In this document: piece by piece, positions 23,608-37,809 of the stretch
Layout: each line of letters begins with the position of its first letter
Numbering within the stretch: the stretch's first letter is position 1
DNA from: Antedon mediterranea
Lineage: Eukaryota; Animalia; Echinodermata
Length of the DNA: 64,000 nt
Direction: 5' to 3'
NCBI RefSeq assembly: GCF_964355755.1
Contig: NC_092671.1
Span: forward strand, 17,918,001 to 17,982,000
Notes under the pieces: generated by a model
The model's input: the letters and a program-made list of their open reading frames with translations, nothing else
Database searches by the model: none
What the model was told of the DNA's origin: nothing
Translations under genes and position numbers: made by a program

Positions 23608-24421
23608 TATTTTTATTAGACCTTTTGTTTCCTCCAACAAAGCTCTCAAAGCGAATCATGAAAAATGCTATTGCCCCCCCCCCTCCAGAATTTAAAACCC
23701 TGTTTGGTTGTAAATAATGTTGGATCATGAAATTTAAGGGAATAACCTGTATTGCAGCTTATGGGCTGAATTGCACACAGGTGTGGACAACCAGTATAAT
23801 TCATTACTTTCATCTGCCCAAGAGTAATTTCATTCATTTATCTATCCAAAATGACAGGGAATAAAGCAGTACACCATTGCAATTCCAATACATACACTAT
23901 GATAGAGGAATCTGTTTTATGTCTCTCCGGCTTCATCTCATCTTGGCTTTTTTCTTTTAATAGAAAATACACATGTTGCCTTTTGCTTAAATCCAATCTG
24001 CAAAAGTTGTACCGTTTAGTTTATGGTTTTTATTCAGCCTTTTCAGGAATACCCATTGCAGTCAGCTGGTTGAAAACTGTCTCAGATTTTAATACTGTGC
24101 ACTTCATAACAAAACGACTACTTTGTAAAGATTTTTAATTTTAATGAACTCCTTTCTATTTATTTACAATAGTGCATCCACAGCAGAAACTTGTAATTGT
24201 TTTAAATCAACACAATAAAACAGTTTCTATCTATAATGTTCTGTCATTCTCTGAAGTTTTTATTATTACAGTAGTTTCAAAAAATCATCTGAAAAAAAAC
24301 AACACAAACATTTATCAGTGGTTTTTATAAAGGAAACAAATGATAGATGAATTTATCAATAAGACCCTAATTAGCTCATTTACAATGTTTTCCAATAAGA
24401 TACTCACTCACTGTGAAATCT

Positions 24422-26087
24422 TCAGTCCTCATCATCTGGTGGTATACCAAGTTCTTCATTAGTCCATTCAGAGGGATCGGGATAAGGAAAGTGACCCTGG
24501 AAAGTTTTAAAAAAAAGCAAAACATTCAGTACAATATACACAACAGTACTATATTTCATGAATTATTGTTGTGGCATTAAGTTTAACCATTAAAGCACAT
24601 TCAGTTATTAAATCACTTTCTTGCTCTAAACTGAGAAAATAATTTAAAAAAAGTTTAGAGCAAAGGAGGAGGATTGGAGAAATGTTCTTGACTTCCAAAA
24701 TTGCAATCTATGTTGTCAGCCAGATTGCTGTGAATACAAGGATGTTCCAAAGATACTAGGCCCCTATTTTGCAAATGTTGAATGTTACTTTTTTCATTTT
24801 GTTAAAACATAAGTAGATAACTTGCCAAAACATCTTCCGGTTCATGATAGAAACGCCACATTATCCAGAACCACATTGACCCTGCTAAGAATTCACCTAT
24901 AAAATACTCTCTCCGTCCTGGATGATTTGCACCTCTGTATACAGGACTACCACTCATACTTGAAAAAGAAGATCAAAATATCATTTATTAAACTAACTAA
25001 TTAATTGTAAATAGATAAGTCTACAATAATGTTTATGAGCTGTAAATGACTTCAGTTTCTTAACTATTAAAAATACAATGAAGTTGATTCATTTAGACAC
25101 AGAAGTGTTATTTGGTGGTAACAGTTATTGTTTAACCAGAGACAGAGGGTCCCCCTACTTTTAAACTTTTAACTTAGCTTTTGATTTCGCCTTAGTACAG
25201 ACAAAGATTGTAGTTTGTACTGTATATCAAATGAATTTTTGGTCAACAACCAAGTTTCTATCCAAGTATGTCAATACAATTACAATTTGTTGAAACACAA
25301 AATAAAATTAATCATGAAACGTAGTAGGCGTAGGTAGGCATACTGTACAACAAGGGGAAGCCCTGTATTTATTCATCGGCACTCCTGCCTAGTTAGTTAG
25401 TACTGTTAACTGTAGTTAGTACAGTACTACTACTCTGTACAGTAGTGAAAGGGGATCCGTACAAGGCTAGGCCTCGACTACAACAGTTACAATACCAGCC
25501 AGGAGTTACAAACTTACTTATTACAGGGTATTCGTTCATCAAAATAAAAAGGCCAGAATAATAATAATAGGCTACAGTGAGTGCGCAGTAGTATAGCTAG
25601 GCCTGACAACAACAACAAGCAATAAAATAAGTTATAATAATATTTAATAATATGATACAGAAAACCTAGGCCAGGGCCTGTAGGCTGTACTAGTCTAGAG
25701 TGACGCATTCGTCGTCACGATGCAATAATGCTTTATTATGTGCCTTTTCAAAATCATATACTAAATAGTGCTAGGCCTAGAGGCTCTCTTGGTAGGTAGG
25801 CCTAGGACCCCTAGCTAGCTAGGCAGAGGTAACCCCGGGCACTGCTCTGCTGGGTGGGCCTCTATCTATAATCTAGGTTAGGCCTGGCCCTCTAGAGTCT
25901 AGGCTAGTAGGCTAGGCCTACTACTCTAGCTAGTAGTATGCTAGCCTAGAGAGAGGTATACTAGCCTACTAAGCTAGGCCTAGCCCCTAGCTAGGCCCTA
26001 GGCTTAAATTAAAACTTACTTTCGAACATTTTTTGAATATCTACTTGCTATCCGTAATGATTGGCGTATCCTTGAAATGCCAAACAT
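24422..26087 (-). CDS. NDUFB2: NADH dehydrogenase (ubiquinone) 1 beta subcomplex subunit 2, 91 aa
   Basis: Exons 26087-26020 (Arg/Ser-rich mitochondrial presequence), 24958-24826 (GEFLAGSMWFWIMWRFYHEPEDVL) and 24496-24422 (GHFPYPDPSEWTNEELGIPPDDED*). The second intron has a GCAAGT donor. Confidence 0.95.
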
Positions 26088-26410
26088 TTTAAATTAAATG
26101 AGATTATTCGTAGCGAAAAAAAAACACCAAAAAAACCGGTATCTGTTGCTGACCTTTGACACATCACCGGTTTGATCCATCCCAGCAAGCTTTTGAAACA
26201 ATTTCCGCTGACCTCGTGTTTTCCAGGTCAACAGTTTCACACACTGATAATTGGTAAATAAACAAACAATACACATGGAAACCAACCAAACAATCCAACC
26301 GATCAGAGAAGAACGGTAGGCTGATAAAACAGTGAACACTCTCGGTTATCAAGAACATGTGGATGTATGACAGGACTATTAGTAATATTATGACGATATA
26401 GGATATGGTA
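26088..26410. promoter_or_regulatory. Probable bidirectional promoter between NDUFB2 and the VWA gene
   Basis: The genes are head to head. A putative 5' UTR donor G/GTAAGT lies at ~26406 with an acceptor just upstream of ATG 26964. An RFX half-site-like CATGGAAAC lies at ~26274. Confidence 0.45.
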
Positions 26411-26963
26411 AGTTTCAGAAGGCACAGTGACAATAATTAAGTCTCCAATTTAATTAGACTAGCCTATAAATGTATGTAGGTCGGCAATATTAATAAAATA
26501 GTCTACTTAAATTGTCTAGTTAGTAATAGATAGGATAGACAATGTCAATATGGTAGCCTAATACTGGTAGTACATAGATAGTCATAGAGTTATAGGTGGT
26601 GATAACTAAGGCTAATCCTCCTATCCTGCCACCTCCAGGTTCTAAAGTTAGGCCTACTAACTGCTAGTACTACTACTAGACCAACATTATAAATCTTTTT
26701 TCAACTATGAATTGTAAGTCATTCCTTCCTAACGAAAGGTGCATGTGTGCCATGTAGTTTTGGGTATGCCAAGACTGAAGAGGCTAGGATAGGACCTGGT
26801 ACTAGTAAACTGTAAGTATATCCCCAAAATATTTACTGTATTATTAATTAACCAAAATTATACTCATAATATAATATCTAAAATGTTTCCTTGAATTTAA
26901 AATTGTTCTAAATGTTTGTTTAATTTTATAGATAGCCTAAATTGAACAGAAAACATTAATAAA

Positions 26964-29900
26964 ATGTCATCTTTTTCTATAATGAAACCACGTGGTATAA
27001 CCACAATATTTGGAGAACTGGAGGAAAAAAATGTTACTTTCCTTATCAACACAGCAGAGAGCATGTTTACTTATCTTAACATTGTAAAGGAAGAATTAAT
27101 AGAAGTGTTACTGGCAAGAGCATACAAGCAGAAAGATACAAGCTTTAACATAATGGAGTATTCGACTGAGGTTACTCCTTGGGCGGATAAACTAGTACGC
27201 TGTACACCACAGACTGTTACACTGGCTGCAGATTGGGTGAGGAAACTAACATGTAAAAAATGTTCAAATTTAAAAGATGCGTTAATAGCGACATACTCCG
27301 ATTCATCGTGTGATTCAGTCTATATTATTACAGATAGACTCCCGGATCAACGAACTGCAGATATTTTGCGTCAGGTACAATTATCCAGCGATGGCAGATC
27401 GATTCATGGGATCCTTTTTACCAGTTGTGAAGCAGATCCAGCCGCTTTAAAATTTTTCAAACAACTCTCAATTCAGACAGATGGTTCATTTCATGTTATC
27501 AGTGTTTCTCGCAACGGGCGTGTTGACGGTATAAGGCCTGTAGTAACAGTGGAAGACATACATGCACACACAATAGAATCTTTCGAGTCAGAACCTCTAG
27601 AAAAAACCGTACCAACCTCTATAATCCATCCCCCAGTAAGAACTGTTCAAGCATATTCTAACGATGATGTCGTTCCAAACACTAGTATTGTTACAATGAT
27701 AGACAATCCCCCAGAACTAACAACAACCACATATATGTCCGATGTTACCGAGACTGAAACTCGGAAATACTGCAGCGTGTCAACATCACTTGATCAAACC
27801 CCTGTGGAGGTTGTGTATGTAAGAGAGCCAACGACTATCGTTCACACTAGAGATCGTTACGTAGTACCTAATGTAGTATGGGAACCATGTCCACCGCATA
27901 TTGTTCACCCAGTTGTGCAAGACCTTGATGGAAATCTGTGTACAACAGCTGGGACATTAGTAACTGGTATGCGGGTTCTGGCTCGTAGAGATAATGACGG
28001 CTATTATTACATGGGTGTAGTGAAACAACAGGTAAGATGTTTAATGATTTGGTCCAACTCATTAAATTATTTTATATCTCACATTTTGGAATACTGTATG
28101 TAAAAGGTCCATTTACACTAGGAAGATAACGATTTATTATAACTAGTTAAATATGCATTTTTCCTACATAAAACAAAAGAAATATGAACATTTTTCATCC
28201 TAGAACTATAAGATAACCATTTATGTTGCCTTTGATGCAAGTAATATTTTCACAAGTCCAATAATATGACGTATATTTTAAATATTTTTTTAAAGGTTAC
28301 AATTAATAAGCGGTTTTTGATTGAATTCGATCAACGTCCATTTGGAGCAAGATCAAATAATCGGCTTCAAGAAACAGCAATTTATGACATCATCGGACAC
28401 AATGATGGCCTCCGTCATTGTGTTGTGACAGGAGATAGTGTTTTGGCACCATGTGACCATGTTCGGTATGCTCCTGGAACAGTTCTGGAGGGAACTGAAG
28501 GCAGGTCTGTTGGCAGTAAGTATATAAAAGATTTTTTTTAAACCACAATCAATGATTAATATTTGCAAATTCTTGAGGACCATCCTCTTAATCCATTTCT
28601 TCCACCTATTAGAATTTGTTATATTATATATAAATAATAATATATATATTATAAAATATTATTTGTATATGTCCCTTCAAAATGAACCAACACTCCTTTG
28701 ATCTCTGACTCCAAGCTAAGACCTCCCGCTTCCTCCATTCTACTTTTTCCCATGCTCTCACCTATAAGGTAAATATTAAACCCTTTTCTGCCCTCCTGGA
28801 TGATATCAAAATTTTTATTTGTATTTATATGGTTTCGTCTATTTAAGCCTCCTAACTGCCAGGGAGTATATATTTTTTTTGAGTCTCAGTTCATAAGGAA
28901 GATCTTTCATACTGTGTACAAGTTTGGGGTTCTGTACACCACCAGCACCTTCTTATTCTCATAATTTTTTTGTGTATTCAATGTAGATTCAACAGATACA
29001 GATCATCTAGTTGTCAGTTTCTTCAATGGTAATACCAAAAATGTTGCAAAACACACAGCTATTTGGTTAAAAAAAGCGCACTATGACCGAATCAAACTGG
29101 AAATTCAAATGCCTCTGTCTGCTAGAGAGTACCTGACTAATAGCCCACACTACCCATACCAAACACCTCCAGGGTACTATGTCACACCTCTACCTGCAAA
29201 ACCAGTGCCATACCAAACTCTGATAACAGGTAATTCATTTTTTATGTATTATTGTGTATCTTTCTTAAACATAATGTGAATTTTTGGAAAAAGCAATTCC
29301 TTGTGTTATTAATGTGCTTTTAGTATTTGTAAAGAGTTTCCAATAAAGATTTATTTGTCGATTTATAAAATGAAAACAAACAAAAACCAATATTTATTCT
29401 GCAGATTATACAAAGACACCAGTGCATACGGCAAGTACAGAGAAGTATCACAGCTTGAATTCTACTATTATACAAGAAAGTGTTGTTAAAAGTGAGGACG
29501 TGAATAAATATATACCTGGTAGCACGATGACCAAGAGTGAATTAGATGATAAAGTCAAAAAACAACTGATGGAGCACAAGATGGCAGCTAGTTATGACAG
29601 AGGTAGACTTTTAAACAGAGAGACTTTTGGTAGGAAGAGCGTATCTTTCCGTGAGAGCAATGAATTGGATAGTGGTATATGCTCTGCTTATGATGAGGAG
29701 GATTTCCTTGAAGATAAAACGAATGAAATGAAATTAAGTGACCTAACCAGCAGAATGACTCAGACGATACCGTTAAGAAATATTGGTGTTGGAACTGATT
29801 CTAGTTTACTATATCCAAAAAAATCAACATCATTATCAGAAAATAAACCAGATTGGAGGTACTGGGGAAAATCCTTAGATTCAAATGAACTGAAATTTAA

Positions 29901-31732
29901 TAGTGATGACCGTGGTCAGTTTCGTGAGACTGAAATTGAACAGCCGTTAGAAGTACGCATCCAACCAAACTTAAATGAAGCTGGAACTGTGAATTCTTCT
30001 GCTCTCTACAAATCAGTTGATTCATCGATTAAAAGTGATCGGGCAAGAATGGAATGGGCATTAAAACATACTAATCCATCTCAAACATCAGCAAAAATTG
30101 CTCCAGTCCCACCAGCAGCTACACGTTTTGGAAGGAAAGATGCAGCTCGTGAAGCGAAAGAACAGAGCTTTTTAGAATATCGACGCAAGCAGGTCATAAA
30201 TAGAGAGATGAGTTGGAAAGAGAAGGAATATCAAACTGCAGAGATGAAAGCTGCCAAAGAAGAGAGATACAGGTGAGGAAATTAGCAATATTTAACTTTA
30301 ACTTACTAAGGAAAGAAAATATTCATCTGGTAACTCACTCCGGTCTGGTGGTGGAACAATTCTTCTTAGAAATGGACTGTAAACTTGCCTGTGTGCACTT
30401 TAGAGAACCCAGTTCATCATTCAAGATGAGTAGGGGTGAACTGGTTTAGAAAATAGCACCTGTATCAGGGGGATTACCACCTATCTGATAGAAAAATGAT
30501 AAATTTACTATTGGAAACCTTGGCCACATGTGTCTAAAGACATGAAAATAACAGAACAGAATAATATAAAAATAAATACAAAATTTATTATGACTAACCT
30601 GACAGTTGATACAGATTATCAAATTTGTTTGCATTGATTTTTTTAATGATAAATTTACAGCAGTGTGTACTGTTTAATTTTATTTATATACAAGTATTAC
30701 TGTGAATAATCTAAACTGTCATTTTTATACATCAGGTCATACACAGCAGATGTCATAAGAAGAGATGTCGCACGACAAAAGGACAATGAGCAGAAACTGA
30801 AGCATGTACAAGAGGCTAAAAGAGCTGTCAGTGCAAGCATTACGAGGCACCAGCAAGAGAAAACTGACCAGCAATTGGAAAGAGATTATCTCCGCACGGA
30901 GGCTATAAGACAACAAAAACAACGCAGAGAAGACATTAGGATGCAGCGGCAAGCAGAGATAGAAGACACTGTGGCACGACGAAGAGTAAGTATCTGGTGT
31001 ATTAGATACATGAATGTGAACAGAATTGCTAAGGAATCTGGAGTGATTTAATGGTGTTTAGATATTCAATTTCTATTCAGTCTTTTGTTTTGGAATCTCT
31101 GGTGCAAAGAAAAGAACATTATGTATCTATTCTATGATATACTCTCATCTCAGGAAGCTATTTCACCTGCAGAGCATCTTTGACTCATTTATCAATACAT
31201 TTTCACTTGGATTAAGTCTACACATCAGGCCATGTAAAGGTCAGAGGTCCCAAGTTCGATTCTTGGTTGGATGATTCATTCATCATCTTCATCATCATAT
31301 TGTTTTTGAATCAGCTTTCTCCCTCTTCCAAGGGGTTACTGACTCGTTCTAGACTGCCACACCATCTATCCACTTATTCCTGTCTTGTGCATCATGTTCT
31401 TCCAAACCAACTTTCATACTTTCTTTCTCCAATTATAATTATTGTTAATTATTAGTATATTATTGATAATGAATTAAAATTATGTTAAATTTGTTCCTAC
31501 TCAATAGGCAATCAAAGATCAATTAACTCAGCAAAAATTGCAAGAGCACAGCATGGCTATAAAAGAGAAAAAAGAGCAGGAAATGACACGGGATCAAATT
31601 ATGCGGAATAAACAAATGGCAATACGTCAACGCTTTCAGGACATCGAGCAAGCCAATCAGCAGAAGAAAGATCTAAGGATGGCAGTGAGAGAACAGAAAT
31701 TCCACGAACTCAGATCACAAGTTCTACCATGA
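26964..31732 (+). CDS. VWA-domain protein (VWA3-like) with a DUF4537/C11orf16-like Tudor-type region and a C-terminal coiled coil
   Basis: Exons 26964-28031, 28296-28515, 28987-29229, 29405-30272, 30736-30985 and 31508-31732 with consistent phases. VWA motifs VTFLINTAESM..SFNIMEYS..YIITDRLPD. DUF4537-like motifs GMRVLARRDNDGYYYMGVV and GDSVLAP..RYAPGTVLEG. E/K/R/Q-rich tail. Confidence 0.8.
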
Positions 31733-31994
31733 TTATAGTATATCGAAAGAAGCCCATGTCGAATATAAGTGGTTTGCAAAAGTAATCGCGAAAAGAAGCC
31801 CATCTCTAAATTAAACCCACTGGACTTCTTTTCGAGATAGACTGTACTGAATGTCAAAGGAATAGAAATGTATAATCGTTTTAAATAAATATATTAATGA
31901 ATTAATTTCTGAAATTGATAGCCAATAATGAAAAACATTTACTTCTTGTAGAAAAGTCGTTAAAATACAACTCTAGAATCATAATAAACTCCGT

Positions 31995-32480
31995 CTTGCT
32001 ATGTTCCCACTAGGACGTACGAATAAGGCAAGTAATTTGACCGATCAAAAGAAAGAGTTCAAAATCAAATCAAAATGCGTTGCGTTGCGTCCCTATGTTG
32101 TGTACTATTGACAACAACCTTATCGCGTGATTTCCACTAGAGACGCAACGCAAGGACGTATACGCAAGTGACAGTTCGAATAACATATCGCTTGTTGTGA
32201 TTGGTCAATAACTACGTTTGGGTTACGACCATGTGATGCGTCTCTATAGTGTTGGAACCAAGTATGACGTAGGACGTAACGCAAGTAAGTGATTTGACCA
32301 GTCATAACCGATAGTTATTTTGAACTGTGGCTTGTGTTGCGTCTCTAGTGGAAACCAATCATTAAGCTTGGTTCCTACTGATTTAGACGCAACTTAATGG
32401 CGTAAGCGCAACGCCAAGTTGCCAAGAAAAAGTTCGGACCCGTCGCTTATGATTTGCCAAATAATGACGTTGCGTTCTTG
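31995..32480. mobile_element. Cluster of decayed Harbinger-type MITE copies (same family as 44811 and 45257)
   Basis: Repeated TTCC(C)ACTAG..GACGCAACGCAAG, TGTGATTGGTCAA and CTAGTGGAAACCA motifs. Confidence 0.6.
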
Positions 32481-35379
32481 TCTTACGTTGTAATTGAGAA
32501 TTAAGCTTTAGCAGGGAAGGGGACGACTCATTTTTAGTGTTGTCTCCATTCTCACTCTTGTCTTGTAGGCCTATTTTACAATTTGATCGTGGTTTTCTAC
32601 AAATGATTTTTTTTTGCGAAAACAGTAGTTGCATTAACCTATTAACTAGATTATTTATAATTATTAATCAAAAGTGAATTTGTGGGTGTGTAATAATTAA
32701 TTTAATCTGCAGATTGTTCTAACACCACGCATATTAGTTTAACAAAGAACTAGAAATAGATTAAGTGACCAGTAGTTTAACGGAAGCAATGGGCATACAG
32801 TTTCTATTTGGATTCGGATCTGAACACAACACAATATTAATACACGGTATTAGTAGCCCACGCAATTGTTAATATGAAAATTATTAAACGTAAACGTAAG
32901 ATTATTAAACGTATTATATTTTTTGTAAGGTCACCCAACTTTTATTCAAAATTTTAAACCACCAGTTTTAATAGTTCAAACATATCAGTTATTGGATATT
33001 TAATTCAATACAAGATCGTAATCTTCATTCGGACTGTACGTTGTTGTATTGAACAATATCGTAATAATCAAATTATATATGTAATTTGTCGAGTTTGGTT
33101 CAGTGTAGGAGAAAGTAATGTATTGCTTTTTACGGTATATATTTGCAATATGTAAATAGTACATAGTGTAAGTTGAGGTAAATAATCATTGTATTCTGTG
33201 TTTTGACTCGTAAACTAGTTTAATAAATTGACTGTATGAGTGAGTATTCAAGGCATTAGACTCGTTTATTATCATTAACTATTTCTTTAATTGTCAAAAC
33301 CTACTATATTTGCCGAATAAATTGTTTATTTTATATAATGCAGGCTTTTGTGTCTCGCTGTTCTCCACCAGACGAAGGTCGAATTAGGGAAACTGAGGAA
33401 AGAGTGAAATTACAATTACAAATTACAATACATTCACTCTTCCCTGGTCAACTTTAACCAGTCTACTGCCGTATAAGCATTGATTTTACATTTCTTTTAA
33501 AGTTATAGGCCTACTGTTTTGTCTAACTGGTCACGAGTGGTTAGTGACCAGAGTGTTCTGGTTTTAATTTAAAAACCTGGAAACTCACGTTAGTGCGTGT
33601 GAACTCCGCAACAACACAATAGAAAGAGACATGACATGAAACATTTGAAATTGGTAATTTCAAAGTGTTTCTGTTTTCCAAAATAATACTGTTATTTAGT
33701 TCATAAAGATTGGTAAAATGCCTTTAATTCCAGTTTGCATTTCATAAAAATGACTAGACCAATCGCCAGAAATTGAAAGCCAAAGCATATTTGAAATGCC
33801 ACATTGTAGTCGGTAATGAAGTAACCTAAAATGGAAAAAATAATGGTCGGTTAGCTAGAATGATAAGTTTATTATCTTGACTTTTCTACTATTGGAAATG
33901 TATCAGGTCCATTTTCACGAATGACTACGATAACGTTTGTTCTTGAATGGAAGACATTTTTTCTCCATGCTTTTTGAAAATTTCAGAAATTCGTCAAGGC
34001 CTGCAGTTTTGGCAATTCTTAAAAAAATGGAAATCTCAAAAGCATGCTAATGGTCTAGTCCAAACTGTTAACTTAATCGAGGCCTATTGCCTCTGTCAAG
34101 CGAGTAGTACTATTGTGGGGTGGGCTGAGCCTAGAGTGTAGGGCCTCATGCTAGGCTATATATGGCTTGCTAGTAGTAGCAAATAACTTTTACAAAATAT
34201 GCCGACCGTAGATTTCTTTACATTTTGGGTCGCTCGGACTTAACTAAACTTTTTTTTGGTCCTTTTAACATATGTTATTAAAATGATTGGAGTAGAAAAT
34301 AATAAAGATACTTGGTAGGCCATGGATCTCTCTATTTCTACAGTAGTGCAATATAAGTCAGCCTTTTAAAACAAAATTTGACGGCCCCCGGATTAAGTTA
34401 ACATTTATATCATAGTATCCACTATTAGTTGAGCTTGAGATTTAGAGAGGCAATTTTTAATCAGAGTAGGCCTTTGTAGTTTATGAGTTATGGTAATTTA
34501 AAGCAGCGTGTGCATTCTCATTGGGACCAGTTTAAAGCATTTCGACAGATCCATCCTTACGGAACCTCGAAAGTCATTTAAAGGATAAATAGAAATCAGT
34601 TTGGAAGAAATTGTGTGTCTAAAGTAATTTTTAAATGAGATCTTACCTATTATAGCTGTAGTTAGAGCCCCAATACTTTCTGTTGAAATACCAAGCAATT
34701 CCCTAGTCCAAGTGTTCATCTCTTTTGACGAACATCACTGCCAAACTAACCAACACTTGCCACTGCCACCACCCATTGCAATGCTGATCCAATATAAAAC
34801 ATGTCCAATCTGTCCCAACATGTGAACACCATTATATGCAATAAATTCAGCAATCTGGATCGCCGCAAACATGTAATACCCGAGATGCATCAGTTTGACG
34901 AAAGAACGCTAAAGTTAATCTCATTATCATAGATGTTGCAGTAAATATGAGTAAAAAGTAACTCGTGCCGATGTGTGTAAAACTAGTAACATTAGCATAC
35001 GAGATTAAAAAAAGAAAAGCTGTTGTATTCAAACATTGACGTGTATAATGTACCCATAGGAATTCCTTTCAATAGAACGAAAAACAAAATGGATAAACAT
35101 GCCTGTTTTTGTTGGAGGCATGACTCACAAACAAAATTTGATCACACAAAAATTAAAGAGATTGATTTTTAGAATGTCTTGAATAATTACAATGTTATAT
35201 TTCGATATCAAAGCTAATACAGTTTGGTATATCATAGATTTTATTTAACAATGTCGTAATATTTCTCCATTTATCAATCTTTTTGCTTATTAAGTCAAGA
35301 TAATTGATTACGATATTGTCACAATAGAAGAGTATTTAAAAAAATAAACAATTGTCACATAGAAAATGCCAAATACGAC

Positions 35380-35635
35380 TAGTTTAAGCCAATTAATGTA
35401 AAAACTAATACATGAACTATAACAGACTCTGTACCTATGTATTATAATAATATAGATTTACAGAGTTTGGGAACTTGCAGTGATGAAGGGCTAGTGTTGC
35501 CCGAAAGCTCTGGTAACATTTCTGGCTGTTTCACTTTATCGTTTTGATTTTGATATAGCTTTTTTTTGTATCTCATATTGAGATCCAGCCACTGATACCC
35601 ACAGCATTGTCATTTTGTCAGTAATTTGCCTTTGA
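35380..35635 (+). mobile_element. Penelope-like element terminal-repeat remnant carrying a minimal hammerhead ribozyme motif (35475-35516)
   Basis: (G)TGATGA-AGGGC-loop-GCCC-GAAA-GCTC core with a palindromic AGCT in place of stem III. The remnant ends at a (TA)n run. Confidence 0.55.
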
Positions 35636-37809
35636 ATTTATATATATATATATATATATATCTAAAGTAAAAACTTATACCGAATAAAGTGATAGCCAAT
35701 GCAAACATTAATTTACTTCTAACCGCAGACAACATTGCAAGTGCTGAGCATGTCAGCCCACAACATATCCCCAAAGTCCATTAAAGAGCAGTGGCAACGG
35801 GACCTTTGAAATATAAACGCATGAAAACAAAATTATATTTGTTCGAAGTTCGAACTTAAGTTGTTCTTCATAAGTTGTGTTACTGCGTTATTGGAATTAT
35901 TGAAAACTTTTCAATACATGCAATTGTTATTTAATCATGTAAAACTATTACATGTTATCAAATCATTTAAATAAAGCACAATCTTATAATACAATTAAAT
36001 ATACCATTACTATACTGAATCTAAATTTCGTAAATCTTTATAGCGTTTTGTGCTCTGTAATATAAATTTTCTTTATATAGGCCTACTTAATTGTTTTATC
36101 ATATTTAGATTTTAACACAATACCAACATATTTTTTTATTATTTGGTTATAATACAGAGAAGCCGCACGCGCACATACTATGCAATTATTGTTTTGTTGA
36201 TAAAAAGATTTTATTTAATTATAGAATTGAAGGAAACCCGTCATCTTTTAATGTTTTTTTTATAAATAGATTAAAATTAAATTATCATGTAGAAAAAATA
36301 TTGCTTTTAAGAGAAATACAATATCTAAGTTTCAAAAAATTACTGGAAGATAATGAAATTACAAATAATATTTTGGGTTTGTAAAGTAAAAATAAAAAAT
36401 ATTGTATTTTGTTTAAATGTACAATTACAACTGCCATTTTTCGTTTAATAGAAATACAATACCTAATTTTCAGGGGAAAAAAAAGAAATTGCTAAGAATA
36501 ATGAAATTATATCGTATATAAAATTGAGGTTTATATGATGAATATATTTTAGTTAAGCCTTTTTTGATTGTTTTTTGTAGTTCCGTTTTGATTCGTGTGG
36601 GTTGTTTTGTAAGTTTTTTATTTTGTTTCAAAATGGTCTAAAAGTTGTAATACAGGAATGGTAAACATGTTAATCTTGATAACAATGATCAAATATTATC
36701 GATACTTTTAATAAACCTTATGTCTTCTGTGTAATATTTCATGTTTTAAAGGAATATATTACATAGTTCAACAATTGAAGGAAGAAAACAACAATTGAAC
36801 ATGGTTTCTTTCTAATCCGACCTTACTTTAATGGTAAGCCTTGTAATGGGCGTGTTTTTCAGAGATTAACGTCTGTAGGTTAAGACTGTGCTGTTCTGTT
36901 CTTTGACGTATGGTGTTTTTATCATAAATACATAAACTAATTTTGTAATTCATTAAAAAAAATGTGTTAATGGTTGCAGAAGTGTTCTTTGAAATTGTTT
37001 CTCGTCTTCCATTATATCCGTGTGACTCGAAAAAAAAAAAAACCCCAGCCTGAATTAATTTATAGTATCTTTATTGCTACATTCTTTTACCATTAACATA
37101 TACATTATTTGTGTAATGACAATGACAAATGTAAACAGTTGTCTTATAGTCAGAAAAGAGTGAAATTCTTCTTCGATGCTTAAACCATTGCAAGTGGGTT
37201 GGGGCAGTAGAATATATTAAATATCACCTAAATAAATTCCTGTCATTTGACAAATGTGGATCACATGGCGTGCAATAGTACGCACTATTAAATGATCGTT
37301 TAATAGTACTTTTTTGTACTGTGTACGAAAACATTTTTTTTTTCGCGTTTGGAAAATATTTTGTTCTATAACTATTACTTTTGAAATACAACAGCGCCAC
37401 CTATTTTGATACGATTTGAATGTTATGACTGGTTTAGCGTTGAGGGTACATTTTTAGATCGATATCTATGTACTAATTTAGATCAAAGGGCATTTAAATT
37501 AACTTTAGATCGTTTGTAGGATTTTGATTAATTAATGGGAACATCTCTACATAATTAGCCTAGATGAGTTCCAATTGTCTGTCGAAGTTTTGCCTTTCAG
37601 CCAAGATAGTACTTGGTATAGCCTAGGCCTGTTAGTATTAGGCTAAGCTTAGTCTAGGCGTTTTAGCATTTTAAAATCCATATAAATATATCATTTAATA
37701 TAATATTATTAAAAACCAAATGTTACTGTTTTAATCAATGTGATTTAAATGTAGGCCAGGCAAGGGCTACCCTTTATTTGATTCAAATGACAGGAATCTA
37801 TTTAGATTA

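Noticed and set aside
34498-35032. Coding exons on the minus strand
   Set aside because: Short frames with stops, no recognisable motif and no consistent splice chain.
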